Assembly: GCA_045601365.1 (NCBI GenBank)
Contig: JAZRZN010000103.1
Span: 4,435 to 68,434, forward strand
From: Clostridia bacterium
GTDB lineage: Bacteria; Bacillota; Clostridia; Christensenellales; QALW01
Length of the DNA: 64,000 nucleotides
Direction: 5' to 3'
Part shown: positions 36,176 to 45,694 of the stretch, one piece after another
How the letters are laid out: each line of letters begins with the position of its first letter
How positions within the stretch are numbered: position 1 is the stretch's first letter
Notes under the pieces: generated by a model
What the model saw: the letters and a program-made list of their open reading frames with translations, nothing else
Databases searched by the model: none
What the model was told of the DNA's origin: nothing
Program-made: the position numbers and the translations under genes

Positions 36176-36958
36176 ATGATGACACGTTTTATGACATCAA
36201 ATGCGTGGGCTGATGTTTTCGGTAATCCCGTTCCGGGGCGTGATACGAATCTTATGCGGATCGTTGACCGATATATGCCCGACTGTATTTTCTTTCAGGA
36301 ATTTCATCCGTCGTGGCATAAATCCGACATAAAGCCGTATCTTAATAAAAAAGGCTATATTGAAGCCAAGCCCGAGCTTAACGGCAACGAATATAACTAC
36401 ACTCCGCTGTTTTATTCCGAAAAATTCAGAGAGCTGAAAAGCGGCTTCGTGCTTTTTAAGGGGCTTAATGATTACACGTCAAAGTCGCTCACGTACGCCG
36501 TGCTTGAGGATAAGAGCGGCAAAAGGTTCTTTGCGGGAGCAACGCATCTGTACTTTGAAGATAATCAGGCAGGCAATGAGGCACGGCTCGGCAATGTGCG
36601 CGAGATACTCGGCGAGGTCGGGAAATACGCCGACGGTATGCCTGTGTTTATCGGCGGAGACCTCAACTGCGATCTCAGATCGGAACCGTACATGCTGTTT
36701 GAGGAAAACGGCTTCACGGATTCGTTCAAGATCGCCGAAGAAAAAGAAAACCCCGTCACAACGTACCATGATGCGCCGAAATTCAAGGACGGTATTTTCG
36801 TTTCACCTGCTTGCAGGACTGAATACGACACCGATGCTTCGATAGATCATATCATTGTACGCAAGGAAACAAAAATCAATAAATACTGCGTCGATATCTC
36901 TTTGGAGGCACGCTCGTACAGTGACCATTACCCGGTAATAGTTGACGCGGTGATATAA
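36176..36958 (+). CDS. Endonuclease/exonuclease/phosphatase (EEP) family protein, cytoplasmic
   Basis: FFQEFHPSW, IGGDLNCDL, SDHYPVIVD (catalytic His region). No signal peptide. ATG 36176 follows aagagg. Confidence 0.8.
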   Translation: MMTRFMTSNAWADVFGNPVPGRDTNLMRIVDRYMPDCIFFQEFHPSWHKSDIKPYLNKKGYIEAKPELNGNEYNYTPLFYSEKFRELKSGFVLFKGLNDYTSKSLTYAVLEDKSGKRFFAGATHLYFEDNQAGNEARLGNVREILGEVGKYADGMPVFIGGDLNCDLRSEPYMLFEENGFTDSFKIAEEKENPVTTYHDAPKFKDGIFVSPACRTEYDTDASIDHIIVRKETKINKYCVDISLEARSYSDHYPVIVDAVI

Positions 36959-36990
36959 AACCCTGGTGTTGATACAGGCATGGAGGAACA

Positions 36991-38076
36991 ATGCGCACGA
37001 CAAGAACGCCAAAACGGTTTGATATAGTCGATTTTATGCCGCTGATACTTGCGGCGACAGCAATAATCGTCATAGTGTCGGTAACAGCATTACTGATCCC
37101 GGAAAAAGTCAAAAGTATAGCGGATAGCGAGCTTAAGGCACTTCCGTTTGAAAAGGGAACGGTTTACAAAACGTTAGGCAACGGAATAGTATATATAGAT
37201 TCCGAAAAAGGAAACCTGTATTATCTTGATGACAGAAATGAGGTCATGTGGGGATATTCCGGCACTGATGCCGATATGAAGCTCTATACCTGCGATACGC
37301 GCGTCGGCATCGCGGAGGGCAAAAAGCTTCAGGTCATCAACAAGGACGGTCAGCATGTGTTCTCAAAGGAATTTGACAGAAATATCTTCGATGTCGCAAT
37401 GGGTGATAAGCTTATTGCCGTAAGCCTCAGTCGCTCTGACGATACCATAATCCTGAACAGTACAGGCGAGGAGATAGACAGAATAACATCCAACAGCAAT
37501 TGCACCAATATCCGATTCGGTGTGTATTCGGGCGGAAGCGTGTGGGTGATAACTGTTGAAAATTCGGGATATTCGCCGGAATTCAGGCTTTCGACATATA
37601 AATACGATACGGGCAAGACTCAGACCGTAACGTTTGAGGACGACAGCCAGATGATGTACGATGCCGCTTTTGACGATAAGCTGTGCTATATTTTCGGAAC
37701 GGAGCGCATAATGGTGCGCGATTGCGATTATACCGGCACGGTAAACTATGATTATAACGTAAACGGCTACGATGTGACATCAATAGGCATGCTGGATAAA
37801 AAGATGCATATACTGCTGCTTAACAACGGATACTTGAAAGCGATAAACGGAAGAAAAGTAAGTGATATGCAATGCTCTGAAAAGATACTGTATGCATATG
37901 TTTCGGAAAAGCATTATTATGCGTTCAGCAAATATTTCATGTATCGCTTTGATCCTGACAGCGGCAAAAACGCAAAGTACCGTTTTCCTGTCCGAATCGA
38001 CGGATTTGAGCAAGGAAAGGATTTTGCAGTGATCGAATCCTGCGGAACACTGTACAGATACGGCATCCCGGCGTAA
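36991..38076 (+). CDS. N-terminally anchored hypothetical protein (possibly beta-propeller; DUF5711-like)
   Basis: RBS ggagga and one TM span (aa 16-36). The remainder is beta-rich with repeated G-x-V/I-Y patterns. No confident family. Confidence 0.55.
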   Translation: MRTTRTPKRFDIVDFMPLILAATAIIVIVSVTALLIPEKVKSIADSELKALPFEKGTVYKTLGNGIVYIDSEKGNLYYLDDRNEVMWGYSGTDADMKLYTCDTRVGIAEGKKLQVINKDGQHVFSKEFDRNIFDVAMGDKLIAVSLSRSDDTIILNSTGEEIDRITSNSNCTNIRFGVYSGGSVWVITVENSGYSPEFRLSTYKYDTGKTQTVTFEDDSQMMYDAAFDDKLCYIFGTERIMVRDCDYTGTVNYDYNVNGYDVTSIGMLDKKMHILLLNNGYLKAINGRKVSDMQCSEKILYAYVSEKHYYAFSKYFMYRFDPDSGKNAKYRFPVRIDGFEQGKDFAVIESCGTLYRYGIPA

Positions 38077-38094
38077 CATTTGGAGGATGATAAC

Positions 38095-38802
38095 GTGAAT
38101 TTAGTAGATTTAGGCATAATTCTTGTGCTTGGCATAGGTTTTGTTATCGGATGGTATAAAGGGTTTCTTGTGTCGGTATTGAATTTTGCGTCGTATATCG
38201 TGGCATGGCTGATTTCGGTCATATCGTACAAGGGGCTTGCCTCTTTTATATTGGAAAAAACGAATTTTGACAATACACTGCTGTATTTTACCGCGGGTGC
38301 GGAGAAACTGAGCGATATGAGTGTGGCGAATGTTGATATAGCGTCGCTCGGAAGTGAACGCATCGGCGAAATAATCAACACTTCGAATCTGCCGAAGCCT
38401 ATCGCGGGTATGATGATGGATAACATAGTCAATCAGGCGTTCGCAGGGCAGGGCATAACGACGCTGAGCGATTATTTCAATCAGACGATAATAAATCTCA
38501 GCCTCAGCCTTATAAGCTTCCTTATAATATTTTTTGCGGTAAGGCTTATTTGCATATTTGTTATAGGGCTTCTTGACCATGTAGTAAAGCTTCCCGTGCT
38601 TAAGCAGTTTGATGCTTTGATCGGCGGCGGCGTCGGCATATTGCTGGCGGCAGTGTTCGTATGCGTGGTATTTGCGATAATCCCGATAGCGATGTCAGTG
38701 CTTCCGCTTGAAAGCTTACATGACAAGGTACAGGCATCCCTTCTCGGCAGAGCGTTCTTTAACGGGAATATTATATTCAATGTGCTGAAATCAATTTTGT
38801 AG
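38095..38802 (+). CDS. cvpA: CvpA-family membrane protein
   Basis: GTG 38095 lies 7 nt after ggagga. (M)NLVDLGIILVLGIGFVIGWYKGFL is a typical CvpA N-terminus, with 4-5 TM spans. Confidence 0.7.
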   Translation: MNLVDLGIILVLGIGFVIGWYKGFLVSVLNFASYIVAWLISVISYKGLASFILEKTNFDNTLLYFTAGAEKLSDMSVANVDIASLGSERIGEIINTSNLPKPIAGMMMDNIVNQAFAGQGITTLSDYFNQTIINLSLSLISFLIIFFAVRLICIFVIGLLDHVVKLPVLKQFDALIGGGVGILLAAVFVCVVFAIIPIAMSVLPLESLHDKVQASLLGRAFFNGNIIFNVLKSIL

Positions 38803-38821
38803 AAAACGTCGGGAGTAATTT

Positions 38822-40756
38822 ATGTCTGAAAATAACGAAAATAACGAAACTAACGTAATCGATGAAAACAGCCGGGAAAATGAAATGACTGAGACACCGG
38901 AAAATGCCGTCAGCACAGATGATTCCGTAAGTGAAACCAACGCAAAAAAGAATTCACTGAGCGAAAAGCTTCGGAAATTACCGAAAATGAGCGTGACGCA
39001 AATAATCATCACCTGTGTTGTGGCGGCATTGCTTGTTGTTATGGCGGTAATAGCCGTTACGGTCACATGCGGGAAATATGATCCGTCAAAATATAATAAA
39101 ACAAAATACAGTGCTGCGGGCGGTGCGCCGCAGAAACACGCGAACCTCAACAAGCTTGAGATGCTTGCCGGCGAAAACGGTTCGTCCGATATATGTTTTT
39201 CATTCTGTTCGGGGAGCGGCGATACCTCGGAATGCGGCATTCCCGAATATTCGGTCGAATTTCTTCAGTCACCGCTACGGCTCAAGGTTACGTTTAAGGA
39301 GCTTGAATACTGGGATTACATAATTGCGGGTACTCCGTCGGATTCAAACGGAATTATCAAAGGCATGTTCCGTATGGCGGATGCGGCAACGAAAGAAACC
39401 GTCATGTATTTCAATCTTTCGGGCGATGTGAAGTTCAATGTAAACGAAAGTGAAAATAAGCTTACGGTATCACTCATCAAAAACGCGAAAGATAAAAATG
39501 AGCAAAAGTGGTATGTCCTGTGCGATCTGTACTATGAGTATCAGGCAGGCGAAATGCCGGATGCGGGCTTTACGCCGACGTTGTGCAGTGATAACATAAG
39601 CGTTATTATGATAAGCGAAGGTTATAAAAGTGAGGCGGATGCTTCAAAACGGTGCGACGAGCTGTTGACGGGAGAATTTGAGGGAGTGCCGATGAGAGTC
39701 GTCAAGCTTGACCGCTTCACATTGCCGGAATATTCGGAAAATACGAATGTTCTCGCACTGCTTAATGAATCGGTGCTGTCAGTCAACGGTGCCAAAAAAA
39801 CACTTCCGTTATTCTTTGCGGATGCACGTTTCCTTTGCTGGCTTCCCGATAACAGCGGTGCGCTGTTTTCAAAGCCGGAGGAGAGCGGAGAAGTATTTTA
39901 CGTTGCCGACAAGGACGGCACAAAGCACCGCCTTTTGGATCAGAGCTTTGCTACGATCGTAAAGGCAGCGTATTCGGGTAACGGAGAATACCTTAGCTTC
40001 GTTGAACAAAAGGATGATGTGAGCCTTGTGACGGTAGCCGATATTTCAAGCGGCGAGCTGACGGTCATAGGAAGCGATTCCGAGAGCAAGATATTGGGCG
40101 ATATGATAATCGGCATTGCAATGAATGATGACGGTTCCAAACTGTTCTGCCTGAGCGGAGACCAAATATATTCACTCAAGGAATATGACATCAACACAAA
40201 AGAAATCGTGATCCTTGCTTCGGATATTATTACCGAAAGCGACATTACCTATAATGACGGCTATCTTTATTATTGTGATGTTGTTGATGAAACAGAGGCC
40301 GTTGTGCGCACAAGCACACGCGAATTTTTGCCGCGCGAGGTGATAGCACGGGGCGCACAGTTTTCACTTTCGCCGGACGGACATTATCTTGCGGTACTTA
40401 CAGAGGATTATGACACTGCCGTTTGTGATCTGCGCATCGTAAACGTTACCGATAAAACCGCCGAAGTCGTGCAGGCTGATATCGTTTCGGGTGAGTTTTT
40501 CATCGCAAGCGACAGCAGAACGCTGTTCTATATCACCGAAACAGGCGATGAAGAATTCTATTATCAGATAATGAAATACGATATAGACGGTAAAGAAAGC
40601 GCTGTTATGGCACAGTGCATCAATGCGGTGTTCTTCCCGTCAAATAAGCCCGATGAAATCATTATCAGCGTTATTTACACTTCCGACGGCATCACACATC
40701 CCGTGACATATATCGCTGATTTCGCTGCCGACGATTTTGCAGGTGAACAAGGTTGA
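38822..40756 (+). CDS. Single-pass membrane protein with an acidic N-terminal tail, a SPOR-like segment and a TolB/PD40-like beta-propeller ectodomain (hypothetical)
   Basis: 644 aa with TM at aa ~60-83. ISVIMISEGYKSEADASKRCDELL..VPMRVVKLD is SPOR-like. The C-terminal part has repeated S-x-DG-x-x-L/F blades. Calls are architectural only. Confidence 0.5.
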   Translation: MSENNENNETNVIDENSRENEMTETPENAVSTDDSVSETNAKKNSLSEKLRKLPKMSVTQIIITCVVAALLVVMAVIAVTVTCGKYDPSKYNKTKYSAAGGAPQKHANLNKLEMLAGENGSSDICFSFCSGSGDTSECGIPEYSVEFLQSPLRLKVTFKELEYWDYIIAGTPSDSNGIIKGMFRMADAATKETVMYFNLSGDVKFNVNESENKLTVSLIKNAKDKNEQKWYVLCDLYYEYQAGEMPDAGFTPTLCSDNISVIMISEGYKSEADASKRCDELLTGEFEGVPMRVVKLDRFTLPEYSENTNVLALLNESVLSVNGAKKTLPLFFADARFLCWLPDNSGALFSKPEESGEVFYVADKDGTKHRLLDQSFATIVKAAYSGNGEYLSFVEQKDDVSLVTVADISSGELTVIGSDSESKILGDMIIGIAMNDDGSKLFCLSGDQIYSLKEYDINTKEIVILASDIITESDITYNDGYLYYCDVVDETEAVVRTSTREFLPREVIARGAQFSLSPDGHYLAVLTEDYDTAVCDLRIVNVTDKTAEVVQADIVSGEFFIASDSRTLFYITETGDEEFYYQIMKYDIDGKESAVMAQCINAVFFPSNKPDEIIISVIYTSDGITHPVTYIADFAADDFAGEQG

Positions 40757-41041
40757 TATCGGCGGGATCACTGTTTAAGTATTTTATCATTGTTTCGCGG
40801 GGCTTTGCCATACCATATCGCATGACGCATATAAAATACGATAGGCATTCTTGGCACATCAAATGAATTCTATTTGGGCTGTTAAAAAAGTCCCGAGAAT
40901 AGTGCAGAGACGAGAGCTGAAAAAGCAATCGTCTCTGTTTCGTTATTCACGGATCGCCACGCCTACTTCGTAGGCTTGCAACGGCATGATATATTAAGAT
41001 ATAAAACATGCTGCAATTCCTGCAATCTCTTTCATGCAAGC

Positions 41042-41063
41042 GGAACGCCGGGGACGGCGTTCC
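41042..41063. repeat. GC-rich hairpin ggaacgcc-ggggac-ggcgttcc
   Basis: Perfect 8-bp inverted repeat around a ggggac loop. Related to the ggggacNgcgtcccc family. Confidence 0.6.
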
Positions 41064-41235
41064 CTACGAACAAACAAAACTGTATGTCATATGCCGTAGG
41101 GTGCGGCATCCGCTGTCGCACCGCTTGCGGCGAGCCATAACACAAAATTCGCTCGGCAACGTTCACGCCGAGCGAATTTGTATAAAACAATAAAAGTTTT
41201 TGGCCGAGCTTTTTTCAAAAAAAGCTCGCAGGGTG

Positions 41236-41327
41236 GGGGACAGCGTCCCGCGGGCAGGGTTTGGGGCAGAGCCCCAAGAGAGGGGTGTGGGGACAGCGTC
41301 CCCACGAAGAAAAGGGGCAGCGTCCCC
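41236..41327. repeat. Cluster of GC-rich palindromes (REP-like)
   Basis: ggggacagcgtccc 41236-41249; ggggcagagcccc 41263-41275; ggggacagcgtcccc 41289-41303; ggggcagcgtcccc 41314-41327. Lies immediately 3' of the minus-strand operon. Confidence 0.7.
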
Positions 41328-41345
41328 GCAAAGGGTCTATGCTTA

Positions 41346-42191
41346 TTAAACTCCCGAGTAAGCGGCAAAACCGCCGTCAACTGGAACCACAACGCCGGTA
41401 ACGAAGCCGGACGCCTCATCGGAGACGAGCCACAAAAGAGTGCCGGTCAGGTCTTCGACGTCGCCGAAACGGTCCATAGGAGTGCCGCGCAGAATCTTTT
41501 CGGTTCTTGCGGTGGGCTTACCGTCCTTGAAAAGCAGGTCACGGTTCTGATTGGTCACAAAGAATCCGGGAGCAATGGCGTTTACTCTTATTCCGCAGGG
41601 CGCGAAGTGTACCGCAAGCCATTGTGTGAGGTTAGATACAGCCGCTTTAGCCGCCGAATAAGCGGGTATCTTCGTAAGCGGGCGGGACGCATTCATGGAT
41701 GAAACGTTCAGAATGACACCGCCGGTCTTTACCATTTCCTTTGTGAATGCCTGCGTGGTAAGCACTGCCGCAACGACGTTTAAGTCGAATACGAAACGGA
41801 TGCCGTCGGGATCAAGCTCAAAGAATGTTTTGATATCCTTGTTATCGAGCATGTCGGGCGTCATCTGCTCATTATCGGTAGTGCCGCGCGGATTGTTGCC
41901 GCCCGCACCGTTGATAAGGATATCGCATGCGCCAAGCTCTTTTACAACGACATCGTGTGCCGCCTCAAGGCTGTCGCTCTTAAGACAGTTCGCTTCAACG
42001 GCGATAGCGTTGCCGCCGTCGGCGTTTATCTCGTCAGCGACCTTTTTCGCCGCCTCAAGATTGATATCAAGTAAGGCGACCTTCGCACCGCACGCGGCAA
42101 GTGCCTTTGCAAAGCCGGAGCAAAGCACGCCGCCCGCACCGGTGATAACGGCTACCTTGCCGTTCAAATCAATAGAAAAAGGAAGTTTCAT
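41346..42191 (-). CDS. SDR-family oxidoreductase, UxuB/YjmF-like (D-mannonate/fructuronate oxidoreductase candidate)
   Basis: VAVITGAGGVLCSGFAKALA (Rossmann fold) and a YSAAK catalytic motif. 281 aa. Last gene of the uxaC-uxuA operon. Confidence 0.65.
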   Translation of the reverse strand: MKLPFSIDLNGKVAVITGAGGVLCSGFAKALAACGAKVALLDINLEAAKKVADEINADGGNAIAVEANCLKSDSLEAAHDVVVKELGACDILINGAGGNNPRGTTDNEQMTPDMLDNKDIKTFFELDPDGIRFVFDLNVVAAVLTTQAFTKEMVKTGGVILNVSSMNASRPLTKIPAYSAAKAAVSNLTQWLAVHFAPCGIRVNAIAPGFFVTNQNRDLLFKDGKPTARTEKILRGTPMDRFGDVEDLTGTLLWLVSDEASGFVTGVVVPVDGGFAAYSGV

Positions 42192-42209
42192 TATTTTTTT
42201 CTCCTTGTT

Positions 42210-43259
42210 TTACTTTTTGTCTGCGCGAACGATAGCTTCCCACAGACCGTTTATGTATGAAGCGCCGAGCGCACGGTCGAATAAGCCGTAGCCCGGGCGA
42301 CCGTCCTCGCCCCAGATGTTTCTGCCGTGGTCGGGACGTGTGTAGCCGTCAAAGCCGTTATCGTAAAGTGCCTTCATTATGCCGTACATGTCAAGACTTC
42401 CGCAAGCGGTGGGGTGTGGGCTTTCGTTGAAGCGACCTTCACCCGTAAAGCGGATATTGCGTGCGTGCAGGAAGTGTATTCTGCCCATTTTCGCGTACTT
42501 TGCGGCAAGCTTCACCATGTCGTTCCTGGGGTCACAGCCGAGCGAACCGGTGCAGAGCGTTATGCCATTGTACTTCGAATCGACCGCGGCAAACATTCTG
42601 TCAATGTTCTTTTCGCAGGTGATTATGCGGGGCAGACCGAACATGCTCCACGGCGGATCGTCGGGATGTATCGCCATTTTGACGTCACATTCCTCGCAAA
42701 CGGGAATGATCTTCTTTAAGAAGTAGATAAGATTTTGCATGAGCTGTTCTTCGTCGATGCTCTTGTACGCGTCAAGCAGACCCTTGAGTTGTTCCTTTGT
42801 GTAGCTCTCGTCCCAGCCGGGAAGCGAAAGCTCACCCTTGGCGGGATCCATTGCGTTTACGGTCTTCTGATCGTACGCAAGGCAGGTCGAGCCGTCGGGA
42901 TTTTTCATTTTAAGGTCACTGCGAAGCCAATCGAACACCGGCATGAAGTTGTAGCAGATGACTTTTACGCCTGCCACGCCAAGATTGCGGATGTTCTGAC
43001 AGTAGTTTTCAATAAGTCTGTCACGCGACGGTGTGCCCATTTTGATGTCCTCGTGTACGGGAACACTTTCGATGACTTCCATTTTGAGATTCTTTGCGTT
43101 CACCTTTTCCTTGAGCGCGAGAATGCGTTCAAGCGGCCATACTTCACCCACGGGAACATCGTAGATCGCCGTAACGACACCGCTCATCTGCGGTATCTGG
43201 CTGATGTATTCGAGCGTTACGGGATCGTTTTCGCCATACCAGCGGAAAGTCATATCCAT
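42210..43259 (-). CDS. uxuA: Mannonate dehydratase
   Basis: 349 aa from ATG 43259 with RBS aaggagg 10 nt upstream. MDMTFRWYGENDPVTLEYISQIP is the typical N-terminus. The listed start at 43478 is an extension. Confidence 0.9.
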   Translation of the reverse strand: MDMTFRWYGENDPVTLEYISQIPQMSGVVTAIYDVPVGEVWPLERILALKEKVNAKNLKMEVIESVPVHEDIKMGTPSRDRLIENYCQNIRNLGVAGVKVICYNFMPVFDWLRSDLKMKNPDGSTCLAYDQKTVNAMDPAKGELSLPGWDESYTKEQLKGLLDAYKSIDEEQLMQNLIYFLKKIIPVCEECDVKMAIHPDDPPWSMFGLPRIITCEKNIDRMFAAVDSKYNGITLCTGSLGCDPRNDMVKLAAKYAKMGRIHFLHARNIRFTGEGRFNESPHPTACGSLDMYGIMKALYDNGFDGYTRPDHGRNIWGEDGRPGYGLFDRALGASYINGLWEAIVRADKK

Positions 43260-43278
43260 AGGTCGTGATCCTCCTTGA

Positions 43279-44670
43279 TTATAAATTAAAGAAATTTTTG
43301 GCATTTTCGTAAGAAATGCCCTCAATAAGCTTGCCGCAATCGGGATCGAACTCGCCGTTTTCCACCCATGTGCCGATCTCGTTGCAGAGTATCCTGCGGA
43401 AGAAATCGAAACGAACATACGATGTGAACGAGCGCGAATCGGTGAGCATGCCGATGAACCTGCCCAAAAGTCCCGCATCGGCGAGTGAATGAAGCTGAGC
43501 CTTTATGCCGTCAACATGGTCGTTGAACCACCACGCCGAACCGAGCTGCATCTTGCCCGGAACTTTTTCGGAAAATGCACCCGTCATCGCGGCGATCATG
43601 TCGTTGACCGTTGCGTTGAGCGAGTAGAAAACCATTTTCGGCAGACCGCATTCGGACTCTCTGTTGATGCGGTCAAGTATGCGTGCAAAACGCTCCGCGG
43701 AGATCGGATCGCCGACAACGTCGATGCCCGAATCGGCACCCACGCGGTCGAACAGCTTGCTGTTCACGTTGCGAAGGGGCGACATGTGCAACTGCATGAC
43801 CATGTTGCGTTTAGCATAGAGCGAAGCGAAGAAGAAGGTCATGTAGTCGGTGTACTTTTCTATCTCGTCGGGATCGAGAAGCTTGCCGTGCAGAGCCTTG
43901 GTGAATATCTTTTTCGCTTCGTCATAGCCGCAGGTGACGGGGGAGAGCGTGTTCAGCGCATGATCCGCCACTACGCAACCGAGCGAAACGAAGTAATCAA
44001 GACGCTTTTCAAGCACCGCAAGCAGTGTTTCAAAGTTGCGTATCTCGGTGTTTTCCGTCTTGCCGAGACGCTCGATATAGAAAAGGATATCCTTGTCGTT
44101 GAGCTTGAAGCAAATCTTGTCGGGACGGAACGTCGGCAGTACGCGCACGAAGCCGAGATCCTGCATCTTTTTGTGATATTCAAGGCTGTCGGCAGGATCA
44201 TCGGTGGTGCAAATGACCTTTACGTTGCAACGCTTGATAAGCTCCTGCGAGGTAAAGCCGCCAGAGGCTATGCGCTCGTTGGCTTCGTTCCAGATGCCCT
44301 CCGCGCTCCTTGAATTAAGCGGACGGTTTATGCCGAAAAGCTGCTTTAATTCCATGTGCGACCAATAGTAGAGCGGGTTGCCGGGAGCGTATTCCATGGT
44401 GGAGGCAAACGCAACGAACTTGTCCTTCCAATCGGCACTGCCCGTTATAAGCTCCTCGTCGATGCCGTTCTGACGCATGGCACGCCATTTGTAGTGATCG
44501 CCCGCAAGCCAAAGCTGACCGATATTGTCGAATTTTACGTTTTCGTATATTTCTTTGGGGTCAAGATGGCAGTGGTAGTCGATTATCGGCTGATTTTTTG
44601 CATATTCCGCGTACAGCCTCTCAGCCGAAGCGTTGGAGAGCAGACAGGAATCATCAAAAAAGTTTTTCAT
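43279..44670 (-). CDS. uxaC: Glucuronate isomerase
   Basis: 463 aa. IIDYHCHLDPKEI, WLAGDHYKWRAMR, SAWWFNDH. Confidence 0.9.
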   Translation of the reverse strand: MKNFFDDSCLLSNASAERLYAEYAKNQPIIDYHCHLDPKEIYENVKFDNIGQLWLAGDHYKWRAMRQNGIDEELITGSADWKDKFVAFASTMEYAPGNPLYYWSHMELKQLFGINRPLNSRSAEGIWNEANERIASGGFTSQELIKRCNVKVICTTDDPADSLEYHKKMQDLGFVRVLPTFRPDKICFKLNDKDILFYIERLGKTENTEIRNFETLLAVLEKRLDYFVSLGCVVADHALNTLSPVTCGYDEAKKIFTKALHGKLLDPDEIEKYTDYMTFFFASLYAKRNMVMQLHMSPLRNVNSKLFDRVGADSGIDVVGDPISAERFARILDRINRESECGLPKMVFYSLNATVNDMIAAMTGAFSEKVPGKMQLGSAWWFNDHVDGIKAQLHSLADAGLLGRFIGMLTDSRSFTSYVRFDFFRRILCNEIGTWVENGEFDPDCGKLIEGISYENAKNFFNL

Positions 44671-44679
44671 AATATACCT

Positions 44680-45678
44680 CTAAAATAAAATATCGTTGCC
44701 CTTTGAGGCGTACATCGCAAGCAGTACCTTTACGGCTCTTGCCGCCTCCGATACGCTTATCGGCATATCGCTTCCGCTTTCAAGGCGCGAATAGAAATCA
44801 TCAAAGAGCATTTTGTGACCTACGCCCCAATACGCCTTGCCGTTTACAAGCAATGCGTCATCGTGCGCGTTCTGCGGCACGCCGTCGATAAAGATGTCAT
44901 CATCGTGAAGCGAAATGACTGCGTTTTCGCATTTTATCTCAAGCTTGACGGGTGAATCGCAGAAATAAGCGGTGGTGGCATAGAACATGCCGTGTGCGCC
45001 GCCGGGGAACGTGAGATACGCGCTTGCGGTATCTTCAACGTCGATAACGCCCTGCAAGTGATAATTTGCCGTAAGTGCGCTGAGCTTCTCGGGATCACCG
45101 CAGAGCCACAACATGAGGTCGAGCGTATGTATCGCCTGATTGATCATGACGCCGCCGCCCTCGGTGACCATTGAGCCGCGCCAATGGCTGTCGGTGTAGT
45201 AATGCTCACCGCGCGACCACAGTACCTCGCCGCTTGCAAACTGCACCTTGCCGAATTTTTCGCTTTCCACAAGTTCCTTTGCCATTTTGTTGCGGGCAAG
45301 ATAGCGGTTCTGGAATGAAATGCATATCTTTGCTTTGCTTTTGCGTTCGGCTTTTTCAAGTGCCGCAAGCTGGTCAAGGTCGATGCAGACAGGCTTTTCA
45401 AGCAGAACGTTTATGTTCCGCTCAAGCGCCGCTATCGCCATTTCGGCATGCAGATAATGCGGGGTGCATATGTGCAAGACATCGGGCTTGACATCATCGA
45501 GCATTTTGAGATAATCGTCAAAAACGAGAGCGTCGGGGGCGAAATCAGCCTTGAGCTTTTCCGCCCTTTCGACAAGAACATCGCATACGGCGACGATTTT
45601 GACATTTTGCATTTGAGTAAGGTTTGTGGCATGTGTCTGCGCGATACAGCCACAGCCGACTATTGCTGTTCTGAACAC
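44680..45678 (-). CDS. Gfo/Idh/MocA-family NAD(P)-dependent oxidoreductase
   Basis: GTG start after ggagat. AIVGCGCIAQTHA Rossmann N-terminus and EKPV motif. 332 aa. Confidence 0.85.
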   Translation of the reverse strand: MFRTAIVGCGCIAQTHATNLTQMQNVKIVAVCDVLVERAEKLKADFAPDALVFDDYLKMLDDVKPDVLHICTPHYLHAEMAIAALERNINVLLEKPVCIDLDQLAALEKAERKSKAKICISFQNRYLARNKMAKELVESEKFGKVQFASGEVLWSRGEHYYTDSHWRGSMVTEGGGVMINQAIHTLDLMLWLCGDPEKLSALTANYHLQGVIDVEDTASAYLTFPGGAHGMFYATTAYFCDSPVKLEIKCENAVISLHDDDIFIDGVPQNAHDDALLVNGKAYWGVGHKMLFDDFYSRLESGSDMPISVSEAARAVKVLLAMYASKGNDILF

Positions 45679-45694
45679 GTCAAATCATCTCCGA

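Noticed and set aside
41236-41327. Possible CRISPR array.
   Set aside because: The repeats are only 13-15 bp and are themselves palindromes. Spacing is irregular (about 12-27 bp between copies), and there are no cas genes in the window. The pattern fits a REP-like or terminator element, not CRISPR.
40757-41345. Known housekeeping RNA (RNase P RNA, tmRNA, SRP/4.5S, 6S) or a tRNA in the large convergent gap.
   Set aside because: I could not find the conserved RNase P GAGGAAAGUCC/ACAGAA elements, a tmRNA GGGG...CCACCA frame with tag ORF, the SRP GGAA/AGCA domain IV motif, or a cloverleaf. 'aaaaagtcccgag' at about 40886 is only a superficial resemblance. The question remains open pending an Infernal scan.
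41087-41702. ORFs 41087-41419 (-) and 41178-41702 (+), which span the GC-rich palindromes and the 3' end of the SDR gene.
   Set aside because: The translations are Pro/Gly/Arg-rich products of the palindromic repeats. There is no RBS, and one of them is antisense to a well-supported SDR gene.
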